A stretch of DNA of 63,810 nucleotides, counting the filler, from Reticulomyxa filosa (lineage: Eukaryota; Protista; Foraminifera), in the NCBI GenBank assembly GCA_000512085.1. It is 21 parts of 21 records of this genome, joined end to end, with 100 filler letters (N's around TTAATTAATTAA, not from the genome) between each part and the next. Parts side by side here need not be neighbours in the genome. Positions count along the whole stretch, not along the records: positions 48,915 to 51,801 come from ASPP01017788.1; positions 51,902 to 58,908 come from ASPP01025193.1; positions 59,009 to 61,354 come from ASPP01035381.1; positions 61,455 to 62,623 come from ASPP01001520.1; positions 62,724 to 63,810 come from ASPP01001887.1; 16 more parts are not named here. The stretch is one strand, 5' to 3'. Under the pieces are notes generated by a model that did no database searches, was not told where the DNA came from, and saw only the letters and a program-made list of their open reading frames with translations. Of this stretch, positions 50,880 to 63,810 are shown piece after piece. The first letter of the stretch is position 1, and each line of letters starts with the position of its first letter. The position numbers were made by a program, and so were the translations under genes.

Positions 50880-51680
50880 AGCTAAGACAAAACATCGTCA
50901 ACTAACATTGACTGAAATAAATATTATTTACTGGGAGGGTTACAGACACCAGTTGGGCACTGTCCCCGTGGACCGAGTTATTTATTAGAAATATTTTACG
51001 ACATCAACCAAAAGGCGAGCGGTAAATCGACAAATATATTGGTGGACACTCCCATTGAACTGCAACACCTTGGACTGTTTGCGCCTCCTTTGCCATTTGG
51101 CGTGTACGAATTATGCAATTTATTATTATTATTTTGTGTTTTACCTATTTTTTTCGCAGTATTGTAAAAATACAAGGACAAACAACACATAAAAAAAAAA
51201 AGTCAATTTAATGAGTCAGAAAAGAGCAAAGGGAAGAATAATTGCGAGATGAGCAAAGACTATTGCAAAATAGGGAATCAAACGTATCGAAAGCCTCCAT
51301 TGGAGTTGATGGTACCATTGAAGAGCGGAGGGACGACAGGGACGTTAAAAGGTTGTGACGAGTGGTGTGAATATATTGACAAGAATATTCCAAAGTATCC
51401 ATTATTGCACGTGTCGGAAGACACAACGACCACGGATCGAACCGAAAAGAGTCCACTTGGAGTCGTTAAAGAAAAGGACAAAGACAAAGACAAAGACAAA
51501 GATAAAGACAAGCAAAAAGACCGACAAACGAGCAAAAAAGAACCTGCCGTCGGCAAACCACAACACATTCGTCATCACTCTCCATTCGATTCACAGCCTA
51601 TTCGAACTGCCAAGCCCGTGGACTTGAATGATGCTTCCGCTCCCTCTGCTCCAATCCAAACTGCCATATCATCTCTACAA
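50880..51680 (+). CDS. Hypothetical protein fragment
   Basis: Coding-like exons (YYLLGGLQTPVGHCP...; PLELMVPL...WCEYIDK, KD repeat); start unclear. Confidence 0.4.
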
Positions 51681-52168
51681 GTTAATTTTCATATGTATTA
51701 CATATATGTTATGTGTATGGTAATATTTGCTATATATATATATACATATATATATATGTGTATATGTATATATTTATTTTTTTTTTAAAAAAAAAAAAAA
51801 ANNNNNNNNNNNNNNNNNNNNNNNNNNNNNNNNNNNNNNNNNNNNTTAATTAATTAANNNNNNNNNNNNNNNNNNNNNNNNNNNNNNNNNNNNNNNNNNN
51901 NTTTTTTTTTTATTGACATTATCATTTTTGTTGTGTATTTTTATTTTATTATTATCATGAAAATAATAATGTAGTTTTATTTTGCCTCGTTTTGTATTAC
52001 TAATAACTCTACTTTTATCATTCTATTGTTATTACAAAAGAAACAAAAACAAAACTTGTCCGGCAGTTTGTCCAGTTTTTCCAGCGGCGGCAGCAGCTTC
52101 ACGTCTTTCTTTTTTTCTTCTTTGTTTTTCAGCTTTTCCTTTTCGGTTATAATAATCAGTGACCATTT

Positions 52169-53003
52169 CTAAGATCGACGAACTCGGCCACTGAACTCAT
52201 CCATAAACAATCGACCATTTGCGGTCAATTTTCTGCCTTTGTAAGCTTTTTTCACAAATCCCATTTTTTCCCATTCTTTCAACGCACTTCGATTATCATC
52301 CACACACAAGCACAAAATACAAGCCACTATTTAAAATATTTTCCCTTAAAAAAGAAATAAATAAAAAGCACACACGAAATTGCGCAAAGATAGAAGGAAG
52401 AAAAAAAGGGGTACCGGAGAAAGTTGTAAAACAGAAAATAAAAAATAAAATATTAACTGTCGGATAATCTTTCTACTGCCTTTGGCGGTGTGATTTGGTC
52501 GGACACCTCTTCTTTTATTTTTGCCACCAAATCTTCTTGACAATGCACCGACACCACTTGGACAACGCATATACACACGTCGAGCAACAGCGGCTATGTT
52601 TTGTTTTTTTTAAACACGTGGTGAAATCAAAATCAAACAATTTTACAAAAATAATTTTTTTTTTGTGACGGATTATCGCATTCGATAGAAATCCAGCCAT
52701 TACTTAAAAATACATAAAAAAACATACCCATTCTTGTGTAATACCAATCAGGGTTTTGTGGTGAGAACTCTTTGAAGTGGCCAGTTTTTACATAATCTAA
52801 CCATGCTGGTGTTGCCACTTTTCCAGATTTCTTCAACCAAGATGCCAATCGACGGACAAAGGCCGATTGGTTCACATCTTTCACTGGCAATATTGCGCTG
52901 TGTTAAGTATTGCAAGGGAGAAACAAAAACAGATTATTACAAAATTTCGGTTGATTCCGATCAAACATCATTTACAGAATTCACCAAACTGTCTTTTTGG
53001 CAT
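52169..53003 (-). CDS. RPS19: 40S ribosomal protein S19 (eS19)
   Basis: VKDVNQSAFV..LASWLKKSGK..PAWLDYVKTGHFKEFSPQNPDWYYTR|AAVARRVY..GVGAL...FGG...RRGVRPNH..GS.KIIR|HALKEWEKMG...GRKLT..G...MD; both termini ambiguous. Confidence 0.95.
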
Positions 53004-53381
53004 GTTTTGATTGCTTGCCGATGTTAAACAGAATAAAAAAGTTCACGCCCAAATTTTACCGCTTTTTTTCATTCCGTTAAAACAACTCAAAAGAGTTTAT
53101 GCAAAAACAAGTTTAGATATTTTGTTTCATTTTTGAAACACAAAGAATTACGGCAGATACAAATAAACAATTGAAAATAAGGAATTTCACTTTTTTTTAA
53201 AAAGCCAATAATTAAAAAATTATGTGGCCAAGGTTTGTTTAATTCTGAAAGTAGTGATACTCTTAACTTGAAATAGTTTGTTGTTCATATCAATTTAACT
53301 TATTTAAAAAATTGTCAAAGACACAAACTTTCAATTAATAAAATTTTTTGTGAATATTTTGATAACTTTTAAGACATTGCA

Positions 53382-55102
53382 TTAATTTCTAATTTTGCAA
53401 CATGCCCAAAGCCACTCTAAAAGTAAACTACACTTGTTTTTATGATTGGTATTATTTTCATGTATATGACTTGACCCGGAGATTATGTGAATTTTTTGCG
53501 TATTATCGTCAATCACAGGACCTTCAACCTGAGCAGAGAGAAGTTTCTGTGGACTGTCGGCTTTTCTATCAGTAATATCTTTATTCCATTCTGAACTCAC
53601 TGTTTGGCGTATCACATTCCATTGTTTTAAAATGTGCCCAAAAGGATACGTTTTACAAAAATAAAAGTACTGATAACATTCACTTAACACAAAGAGTAGT
53701 TCTTTGCTGTTTTTTCAAGAGGGGACACGCTACGTTCAATTGAACTTTTTTCATTGACATTTTTGGAGGTGTTGGATTCGTCTTGCTTTACAATTTCACG
53801 GATTTCAATGCTATTGTTCTCAACAATGGTTGTAGAAGTGGTTTGTGTTTGATTTTTGCTGCCAAGTAGCAGCTGCTGTGAGTCTGTGGACTCGTCAGAC
53901 TCTAACGAGGCGTCGTTCTCGAAATTACTTTTACTTTGAGGTGATGCAAAACTTTTATTTTCAATGAGAAATCCTTGAGTTTGGACAATATTATCAAATC
54001 TTTCTTCTGTAATTACAGGTATATTTGTCTGAAAAAATGTGCTGCTTCTTTGGGCAACATTTTCTTTACTGGGCTTGGACTTTGGGCTTTGATTTCCGAA
54101 AAGTTTTCCCTCACTTAATCGTCGAACAATAGATATAATTGAATTACTTTGATTTTTTCGTCGCCAATTTGTTAAATTCAAGCCTTTATGAAATCTTTTT
54201 TTGCAATTGTTTTATTTACTTATTAAATAAAATTATTTTAAAAAATATCTCCTGAATTACCTAAATCTAAAAGAGAATAAATAAATAAATTAAAATTAAC
54301 AAGTCAATCGTAGTTGTATCTTTCGTGTGCATATCAAAGACTCGTAGCATACTTTGCCCCAAATCATTCTCATACGAAATTTGTAGCCTTAACAAAAAAC
54401 TGTCAACTCTTTCAACATTATCTGTGATAAAATGGCATCAACAAAGACATACAATTAAAAATAATAATTGAAAAAAAAGAAAAAAATGTACAGATTAAGT
54501 GTAATGGCACTGCTACTTTTGGTGGTCGATTCGTTTCTTTTTCATGTTGTGACCCCCAATATTGTAATTGTGATGATGACAACACAAAATATCTTTTTTC
54601 AAAAGGTTTTGCATTTATTTCTTGCGTGGCCCATTCGACATACATTTCTTTATCTGTTTAGAAAGTGTAACAAAAAGCCTTGGACAAACCCTTTTTTTTT
54701 TGTTTTTTGCAAAACTGGATCCATTCAACGAATTTCGACAGATCTTTTTTTGAAAACAGCACATTGTTTCATAATTGTCATTGATTTTCGGTTGACACGG
54801 TCTTTGAGTTCATTGGCCCAGTTTTTACAAAGTACAGCGGAAGGACAGTCAAAAATAAAGTGCTCTGAAACATAATCCGAATTTCCCCAAAAACTGAATT
54901 GTGTTTTTTTTTTGGATTCAACTACGATACTATAAATGCGTGATGTCAATATCATGCCAGTTGGTTTCTCTTGTTTCACATGTTGCTCCTTGGTCTTGTA
55001 TATTAAGAATGTGTCATTGTTCAAAACACAATAACGACTTTTCCATATCGTTACTAAACGTGATCTCCCCTTTTGTTTTAAGTATCCAGCCAATGCTGTC
55101 AT
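53382..55102 (-). CDS. Tandem PH-domain protein
   Basis: AGYLKQKG...WKSRYCVL...KPTGMI...FIFDC......WANEL and second FEKRYFVLSSSQLQYW...PKVAVPL; low-complexity C-terminus. Confidence 0.8.
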
Positions 55103-55556
55103 TTAACTTAAATTAGCCTTTTTTGATAAATATGATATAATATCTTTCTTGAAATAGCATTAAAAAATAATTTGAAGTTTGAGTCTCGAAATGACGAAAG
55201 ATGAGTATTTCAAAGGAACTTGGACAATAGCTTTTTCATTTAATGCAAACTATGCTATAAATGTAATTAAATCTGTATTTTATCTATCTAAAAAGAGTAC
55301 TTATTTAATAATTTTAAAATTATTTGAAAGCTTGTCTATGTGTATGCATCTGTTTTTAAATAGAAATCACGTGGGACAAAATGATATTTTTCCTTTACGA
55401 CAAATAGACGTGTTTGTCATCTAATTAATTTTTAATTTGGTTTGACATATTTTTTCAGCTTTATATTGCGAGACTCAGTGTGTAAAAAGGACCTTTTTTT
55501 TTTTTTTAGTTGAAGAGAACAGACAAAAAAAATATTTTAAAAAACAAATACGTCTG

Positions 55557-56561
55557 ATGTTCATTCAATTGGTTTGGCTGTTTTTGTTATTTACTGCGTC
55601 TAACGGTTGCTCCGGTATCTCTATTTATTTTTCTTCTGAGTCAACAAAACAAAGTTTTTGTCACACACAGAATTGGAGGCAACTACGTCTTATGCCAATC
55701 GTCAGTGGGCATTTTACGTAAGCGTCGACTGCAATTTGACCATTTGGGGTTCTGGAAAGGCTTCTGGCTGGTAATTTTTGTTTGCAATAAACAAGGTCTA
55801 TTTTTTTGTTTTCTTTCAATCATTCTTTTTTTTTAAAAAATAAGGAGTATTGAAAAAAACAACAAACAGGTACGCTTTTGGAATTGGAGGAAATTATTCT
55901 GGAGAGGGCAGCAGTTAATTTTTTTTTTTTTTTAAATGAGTAGTAGTTTTTAATTTTGATGATTGATAAAAAAAAAAAGAGAGGGAGGATGGAGGGTGTA
56001 GATAAAGACTAAACAGATAGATAGATAGACAAGAGAGAGAGAGAGCGCTCAAAACAACACAACAGGAAAAATGGACGGATGGGCGCTGATCGTGGACAAA
56101 AACGGGAGTGCAGCAACATGGACGTTAGAGCCAGCAGCTCACACATTGAATTCCGTGCAAGACTTGCGTTGTATCGTGATGACAGTGAATGGCATAAACA
56201 ATGTCAATTGTACCATCCCACTAAAAACGCAAGGAAAACTTACTTCGCAAACCTTTAAGGCATTGTCCGCATTTAAATACAAAGGAGTGCATACAACTTT
56301 GCAAGCAAGCAAGGACTCGGGCTCTGTCAATGATGGTATCCATGATTATGCCAGTCCTGTCGATATCAAAGTCACGGAGGTGCAAACGACGACGATAACT
56401 AACTCAACCGAAAGCAGTGGATTTAGCATTCGTGCAACAGCATGTAGTTTGGACCTTTTTTTCTCTAAAAAAAAACAAAAAAACAACCACTTTTTTTTTT
56501 TTTTTTTAATTAAATAGCAATTGCAGTTGTCAGTTTAACGATCGTACTTTTACTTCTGTGA
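55557..56561 (+). CDS. Putative GPI-anchored DOMON-like surface protein (5 exons)
   Basis: Signal MFIQLVWLFLLFTASNG; spliced GWYAFGIGG...KMDGWALIV...GIHDY; Thr/Ser spacer, SSG, terminal hydrophobic IAVVSLTIVLLLL-stop. Confidence 0.65.
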
Positions 56562-57478
56562 AGAACTCGTTATTACAGGGTGTATTTTCAATGCATTACA
56601 AACAAAAAGAACAAAAGTGTTCAATTATATGAAATGCCTGTTTTTTTTGTTTGTTTGCTTGTGTATTGGCGCTTTGAGATCATCTTTAGAAAAAATGTCA
56701 AAAAACGAATCATTTTTGTTTAAAAACAGGAATGATTTTTGTTTGCTTTGCTTTCTTTTTCAATCTCATTTAGTGCTTTGGATGTGGTGGTTTCTTCCAT
56801 TTTAATGTAAAAAAAGCTTGTTATGATTTCTTTCTTAATGTTATAATTTTTTGATCTTTCAGATGGAAAAACTTCCAAAATGTTCTTTTTTTTGTATACA
56901 TTAAGTGACAATTAATTTTTTATTTTCTACTTGGTTATAAAAAATGTATGTAGGCACTAAAAAGTGGACGTTCTTAAGAGGCCCTTTTATTAAAACCTTC
57001 ACTCGCTTCTCCGGTCAGTTTATTATTATTCTTTGATTTTGTTTTTGCTTTCTCTTATATTTGACTACATTTTTCTTGAAATTTGACAAAAGAGTAAATT
57101 TTACTTTACCAGTGGCATTTCTAGTACACACTCATTATCTGATTAGTGTTTTTTCGATCAAAGCATTTTTAAAAAGGTTGCGTATAAAGCTTTCTTTTAA
57201 AATATGAAAAAAATTATTTAATAAATTGAATGTTTACTTTTGATGTTTCCATCTACTCGTCATTGCCCAGTTATTTGATTTTATTTTTTATTGAGGATAT
57301 TATAGAAAAACGATATCCCTTTACTTGCAATACTATTTCTAGGATAATATTGTTTGTTTATTTGTATCAAAGTTTTTACTTTTAAAAAACTAAAAACAAT
57401 CAACTTGAATATAGAATTTGAGTGAAAAAAGTTGAAGCGAACTCAGAACCTAATTTGGTTTGGAATAAGTCACCCAGC

Positions 57479-58890
57479 ATGTCAAGATTATCCCGCAAGG
57501 GAGGGCCGATTTCCGCACAAGCGCGTGCAGTAGGTCGGAATACACAAGATATCAAAGTGAATTTGGATTCACTAAAAGCAAAATGTAAACTTTGAGCACT
57601 TGGTGAAATGGTCACTGAACGCACTAGCAGGACTGTCGAACAACAAATGGAACTGTCAAGAGATAATGAATTGCAATGGGATATCAATAGTCCACGAGGC
57701 ACTAGTCCACCACCCGAAGAACACACAAATACTAGAGTCATTGGGATCAATGATTGGGAAGCTATGTAAAGCCGACAAAAAAACGGCATCGAAGCAAATC
57801 AAAGAGTGTGGTTTATTTCAGCAAGTCTTGGTTCATTTATCCAACACAAAGGATTCGGTTGACTATGCGCAAATCATACCTTTATGTAATTTGATCAACA
57901 TCATCGTCGAGGCCGAGCCATCTTTTTCTCAGCAGTTTTTTGACAAAAAAAAAAATAAAAAAATAATGACAATAATATATAAATAAATAAATATTTTTTT
58001 AAATAAAAGAATAATAAACTCCGACGTCGTTCAAGTGTTATTAGAACACATGAAAACGTTGGAAACGAACAAAACGATAAGCAATGCGACAGGTATGAAC
58101 CTCGTCGAAGCCATTGTGCACACATTGAATCGATTGACATCTTCCAATACTCAATCTCTCGCCAATTATGACGGCCATCATATCATGCTCCAAGCACTTC
58201 GACATTATGCCGTTTCTCCTCAAATTGCCATCGATGTCACCCAGTGTCTACAGGTTTGTTTTTTTTTTTTTTTTTGCAAATATATTGTTGTTTCAAAATC
58301 CCCACAAAACAAACAAACAAAAAAAAAGAGTGTGGCTAAATTGGATGAAAAGTATTTGAGCAATTTACAGTTGCAAGGGGTGGTGAACAGTATATCAGCA
58401 GCACTGACGTATAATCCAGAGAACGGCACGCTAGTGAGAGAGGGCAAAACGGCTTTGCAATTGTTTGCCGCAAGTCGAGACTTGGAAAATGCTTTGCAAA
58501 TTATTCAAACAGCTTATCGTAATGGATTTGATCACTTGCATTCGGATTTATCTTCGGTTTTTTGTTTTTTTATTTGTCAATGAACTCAAATCAAAAAAAA
58601 AGGAAAGACGATATACATAAACATATATACATGTATATACATATATATACATATATGTATTTGTATAGAGTATTCAATTACTTGCAAACTTGGCCTTGAT
58701 TCCAAGTCATTGCGATTACATAGTGACAAAAGGTGATGGGATTCAATTGTTGGTCGGATGCATCACGTACTTGCAAAAGAAGGTGGACAGCGGAGATGAC
58801 TCAGTCGAATGCATCGACATTTTAAGTGGTTGCATTCGCGCTTTGGGACGACTATTGACGGATGATGACAAAATCCTTGCTTTTCAAAAG
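57479..58890 (+). CDS. Armadillo-repeat protein (5' part)
   Basis: Repeats such as LNALAGLS...EIMNCNGISIVHEAL, LNRLT...ANYDGHHIMLQAL, YIVTKGDGIQLLVGCI; probable frameshift near 57590. Confidence 0.7.
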
Positions 58891-61559
58891 TTGATCTTTT
58901 TTTTTTTTNNNNNNNNNNNNNNNNNNNNNNNNNNNNNNNNNNNNNNNNNNNNTTAATTAATTAANNNNNNNNNNNNNNNNNNNNNNNNNNNNNNNNNNNN
59001 NNNNNNNNTTTAATGCGCTTTGTTTGCTTTGACAAATTTTTTTTTTTTTAACATGTCTTTAACTTATTTTTAGTTTTTATTTTTAATTAATTTGATCTTG
59101 GTTTTAAAAAGTTGCTTTTTTCATTAAATTGTGTCTTTTTTATGAACTTTTCCATTTTTAAACTTTATTCATTAGCACATATTTAGTCTTTTATTTTATA
59201 TTTTTTGTTTTTTTATCGTGCGGTATTAACACGAGTTCAATATATACATATTTTCAATACTTTTTTTTTATTGAGAAAAATATCATTTGATGATTTTCTT
59301 GCGGCCAAGTGTATTTTCTTAAGCAGAGAGAAACTGCAAATAAATTTACGGTCCCTTTCAAAAAAAAAAAGAATGATTTTTGAACTAACTCACGCATTCG
59401 ATCGATAACGTTTAATGTAGTACCAGCAATGTAAGCATATCACCTTGTTTTTATGTGGAAAGAATCTGATCTGCCGACCTGACCCGGGCGTTATGCATTC
59501 TGTATCTGGCGACATGCATCTTCCCAAATTTTTCTTTTGATATTATTATTAACAAAAAAAAAAATAACTGATCAATGTGCAAAAAGATTTTAAAAAAATT
59601 TGCAATGTTTTGCAGTGTCCGAAAATTTTTTTTCCAAAGAAAGTGATAATAATATCGTAAAATTATCTATATAGAAATGTTCAATTTTTTCTACATATGA
59701 CTTTCTTTGTATTATCCATTATATCCTTCCTTATAATTATTCGAACATAACATTATATCAAAAATGATGAAGATGATGCGATGCAACAACTGAATTGTCA
59801 CATTTCATTAATTGAAATCATGCAATAATTGTACAAAAAACTTGATTAAATATAACTTGTACTAAGTTCGAAAATAAGTACATGGACGGCACTTTTTAAA
59901 ATTTTTTTTATTTTAGCATGTTTATTCTTTTGTTTTGAACAGAATTTTGTTTGCACATGCAAACAACAAAATGAATTCAGGCAATCTTCATGAAATATAT
60001 CTGTCTAACAAAAAAATTTTTAGAAAATTTATTTTGATATTTTGGATAATGTATCGCAAGTATGTTTTTTTCAAATCACAAATGAATATTTGAAAAACTC
60101 AGAATAAATTATTATATTATTTTTCTTTGAGTAAATTGATGGAAAAATATATATTTATTTTGCGTAAACATATGTTCGGAAACAAGTATATTCAAAACAC
60201 ATTTTTTAAGGTTTGTTTATGTTTTTTATTCGACTAATTTTAACAAAAAACAAGTCGTAAAAGAGATTATGAAATTTGTTGTAGAAATGATTGATTACAT
60301 TTGTTTTGAAAATATCAATGACAAAACTAATAGTTGGACTACATTTTATTTTTTATTTTATTTAAATATGAGATAAGTAATAAGCATTACACTGCAATAA
60401 AGATAAAAAAAGCTTTGTGGTGTATGTTGCTTTTTGCAATATATCTTCTGAACGACTCGTTAAATTTTTAAAGATATACATTTTCGGCGTTTCGGCAATA
60501 ATGATATAATGACACACCAAAAGAATGAATATCAACGGTATTTCATTTAAAAATCCGAAAACGAACAAATACCAAGAGTTATAGCATTGCAGCGAAAGTG
60601 TTGATGATAAAATAACAAATTAGTATATGGTTTTGTGTTCTCATTCGTGTAATAATTCAATTTTCATCAAATGCTAGACAAATTGGTGAATGACATGAAA
60701 AAAATATGTCATCCACGAGATTACTAGTAAAAAAATGAAAATGATAAAAAGTCTATTTTTTTAAAACATATATTTGGCAAAGAGAATCATCGCAAAGGTA
60801 ATAAAAAGAAAAAGCACATCACATTGTGTACAACAATACAATGGTTTTAAAATAATTACCAACAAGTTTTCGCCGTTGTTTGAATAATATATTTTGCTCA
60901 TGTGCAAACAAATTTGCTGTTAATTACGCATTTTGTAATGGGATTCAATGATTACATATGCAATGAGTTATCATAGCAAGAGACCAAATAATGATAAATC
61001 TTGAAAGGTTTCTTGCAATTGACAGTATTGCGATTATTTTAAGTGACAATGAAAATGATATATTGAAAGATAATTTTTGACAAATGAAAACAAATATATG
61101 AGAAATCATATAATTTAGTTGATGAAATCAAAAAAGGTGTGTAAAGGGAGAAATCAACATTGTTGTAATGACTACAATAACTCCATTTCATTTAAAATAC
61201 AAAATCAATGGATTCTAGTTTCAATTGTTGACAATGCCACAAACAATAGTCAATACAAAGTATTTAATGGCATATTGATGACAATTACATCAATCATTTT
61301 TTTGTATGTCATTGTTGTCAACAATGAACTAAAATATTACAAATTTCATCGTATNNNNNNNNNNNNNNNNNNNNNNNNNNNNNNNNNNNNNNNNNNNNTT
61401 AATTAATTAANNNNNNNNNNNNNNNNNNNNNNNNNNNNNNNNNNNNNNNNNNNNTTTTGAATCTCGACAATACAACTTTCTCCATCTAAAAAAAAAAACC
61501 ACGAATCGAACGACAAAAGATTGAGACTTGGGACCTGAGAAGTAATAAATGGGAACAAT

Positions 61560-62623
61560 TTAGATTGAGATTGAAAAGAAATATTGCAATCTATTGATCC
61601 TATTGTATTGGGAAGCACAGAGACATTGGACAAAGCAGTTGAATCTTGGACCAAATGTGTTGTTGAAGCTGGAGACAGTTTATGTCGATTACGAAAGAGA
61701 GTTCAAAAATCAAACAGATTTCGTAAGCAGAGGATACCAAGGAATTTAATGCTATATAAAAGAATTTCCAAGCAGTTGCAACGGAAATTATTATTTGAAA
61801 AACATCAGCACATGGTAAAAAGTATTGACTCATTGCATGAAGGGAACACCAGGAATCAACCTCCCAAAGATGTGGATGAGAAGCATTATGAGATGGTAGA
61901 AAAAGATATTAGATTCAAAGTGGCGATATCCAAGCCATTGGAATTGGATGAAAGTTGTATTTGGTCATTTGATATCCATCAAAATGACATACAAAGGAGG
62001 AGTTTATTGAGTCAATGAGACATTTGTCTCTATATAAAGCACAAGTTCCTGATAACATCTACAATCAATGCTTAAGAATGGTGGCAATACAATGATTGAT
62101 TCTTTGGCACTCCTATTTGGATGGAAAAAGGCAAATATTGTACCTATTCAATTGCACTGTTATCAAGTGTTGGTAAATTGATGGAGAGGATCATCACAAG
62201 GAGATTAATGTGGTGGTTGAATGAGAAACAGTTATTACATCAAACGCAAGCAGAATTCCAATCGTTGCATAACACATATGAATTGTTATTAAGATTGACT
62301 GAAACAATCATTCGATTGCAATTCAATTACTTATGCTGTGTTGTTGGACATCTCTGCAGCATATGACAGTGTTTGGAGAAATGGATGAATTTCAACTAGA
62401 TGGAAGATTGTATTGGTGGATTGATAGCTTTTTATCAGATCGATTTGGAAGGGTTGTATTGAATGGATTGAATTCAATACTGGATCTGCTTTATCCCCAA
62501 TATTGTCCCTATTGTACACTAATGACCTATCGACAGTGGTTCATCAGCCTGTTCAGTATGGCATGTTTGCTGATGACGTGCATTGTGGACATCAATATTT
62601 ACAAGTGATGTAAATGAGATGAG
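61560..62623 (+). mobile_element. Decayed non-LTR retrotransposon reverse transcriptase
   Basis: IALLSSVGKLMERII, QAEF, AVLLDISAAYDSVW, WIDSFLSDR, GSALSPIL, MFADDV across stops and frameshifts. Confidence 0.93.
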
Positions 62624-63139
62624 NNNNNNNNNNNNNNNNNNNNNNNNNNNNNNNNNNNNNNNNNNNNTTAATTAATTAANNNNNNNNNNNNNNNNNNNNN
62701 NNNNNNNNNNNNNNNNNNNNNNNCGATTGACCAATGACCAATGTCGGTGATTTCTTGCAGAAATATTTTTTCTCACTTTCATTTTCTGCTTCCAAATATT
62801 ATTTTCATTTATTTCTTCTTTGCTGTCTTGTTCTTTTTGAGAAAATAATACAACATTTAGTTCATAATATTTTCTCATCTTTTTGCTTGCCTAATCTTCA
62901 TTTTCATTCTGACGCTTTCTTTTTCGCGTTGGAACATATAAATCCACAGAAGGACGTCTACCATTGTTTGAATTTGTGTTCATATTAATATCATAATCAT
63001 TATTCATTGCATTTGACTTTGATTTATTGATATTCGTTGATATTGTGTCATTTGGATTCGGCAATGTTACCAACGGCTAATCTTTTCGATGTTTATCTTT
63101 ATTGCTTTCCAAAAACTTGCTATAATCAGAAAATTTCTT

Positions 63140-63810
63140 AAGAATTTTCCAAAATTTCACAATGTTCCGGAGGGTTATGAAACGATTCCATAAGATGCCA
63201 ATTGTTAAAGTGATGCTATCCAATTCTGATGTTGTTAAGACATTGAAAGACAGTGGTGAAAATAGAACCATTCGATAAAAACAAATCATGCCCAAAGTCG
63301 CATTTCAAACAATGCAGAAAATGCAGCGAAATGCAGAAACAAAAACGACACAAGCAAACATAAATGTATTCTATGTCGTAATAAACATCCAAGTGATTCA
63401 TTGTAATTCGCAAAGTAAGAGAAAAGCTTGGTATTAAATTGACAAGAAAGGAAGATGCATTCATGAAGAAGAAAGCATCTTAACCCATTCCAGTTAAATC
63501 AAATGCGCAGCAGCAAGCAAAGAATTATTTTTACACTAATGCTATCAAATGACAAAGATTAAATGGAAATGAAAATAAAAATGAACACTAATACAAGCAG
63601 ATATATAATCAGCAATCTATTGGTATTCCAGAATAACATCAACAGATTTTATTCCAAAGTCCAAACATTAGAATAAAACTTGCATCAGAAGAAGCCCATA
63701 TCTGGGTTCAGATCAAAGAAGAAGGACATCGATTATAATTTCCAGTATCTTTATGTTCATCACTGGATTGAGACATGAAGATCTGGAGTGTTATGTCGAA
63801 GAGATTTGCA
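63140..63810 (+). mobile_element. Decayed LINE 5' region (ORF1 zinc-knuckle remnant + start of APE-encoding ORF2)
   Basis: FKQCRKC...KCILCRNKHPSDS (gag-like knuckles) then LLVFQNNIN...SGVLCRRDL (endonuclease N-terminus); shares sequence with 17510-17600. Confidence 0.65.

Noticed and set aside
60830-61200. Possible decayed RING/TRAF-type zinc finger remnant (C..CKQI)
   Set aside because: Too degenerate to support.
4150-62723. Regularly recurring TTAATTAATTAA flanked by Ns as a repeat or CRISPR-like array
   Set aside because: Fixed 100-bp artificial linker with six-frame stops, not biological.

Overview
Eukaryotic, AT-rich, intron-containing DNA made of 21 short contigs joined by 20 artificial 100-bp spacers (44 N + TTAATTAATTAA + 44 N), so gene neighbourhood across spacers is not meaningful. 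A polyubiquitin relic with an extra Ala at the monomer junction, a divergent alpha-tubulin relic and lineage-typical WD40/Kelch genes point to a rhizarian, probably a foraminiferan such as Reticulomyxa (inference). Recognisable genes: a RanBP2-zinc-finger/HSPA12-like Hsp70, Kelch and WD40 proteins, a membrane-anchored S53 peptidase, proteasome RPN2, a permuted NlpC/P60 (LRAT/PPPDE-like) enzyme, a HAD protein, two DOMON surface proteins, an MRH-domain protein, an Occludin/ELL-domain protein, a 7TM-RGS protein, a large ARM-CHAT-STAND (NLR-like) protein, an LRR protein, a BEACH-family fragment, a CRAL-TRIO protein, a tandem cold-shock-domain protein, RPS19, a tandem-PH protein and an ARM-repeat protein. 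There are also ubiquitin, tubulin and WD40 pseudogenes and three decayed LINE fragments. The two most striking signals are (1) a CHAT caspase-like protease with an intact dyad fused to an NB-ARC-like NTPase with a degenerate P-loop, and (2) a window-wide intron architecture with U-rich 5' ends, A-rich (non-polypyrimidine) 3' ends and self-complementary interiors, suggesting structure-assisted splicing. All domain calls are by-eye motif recognition; no searches were run.
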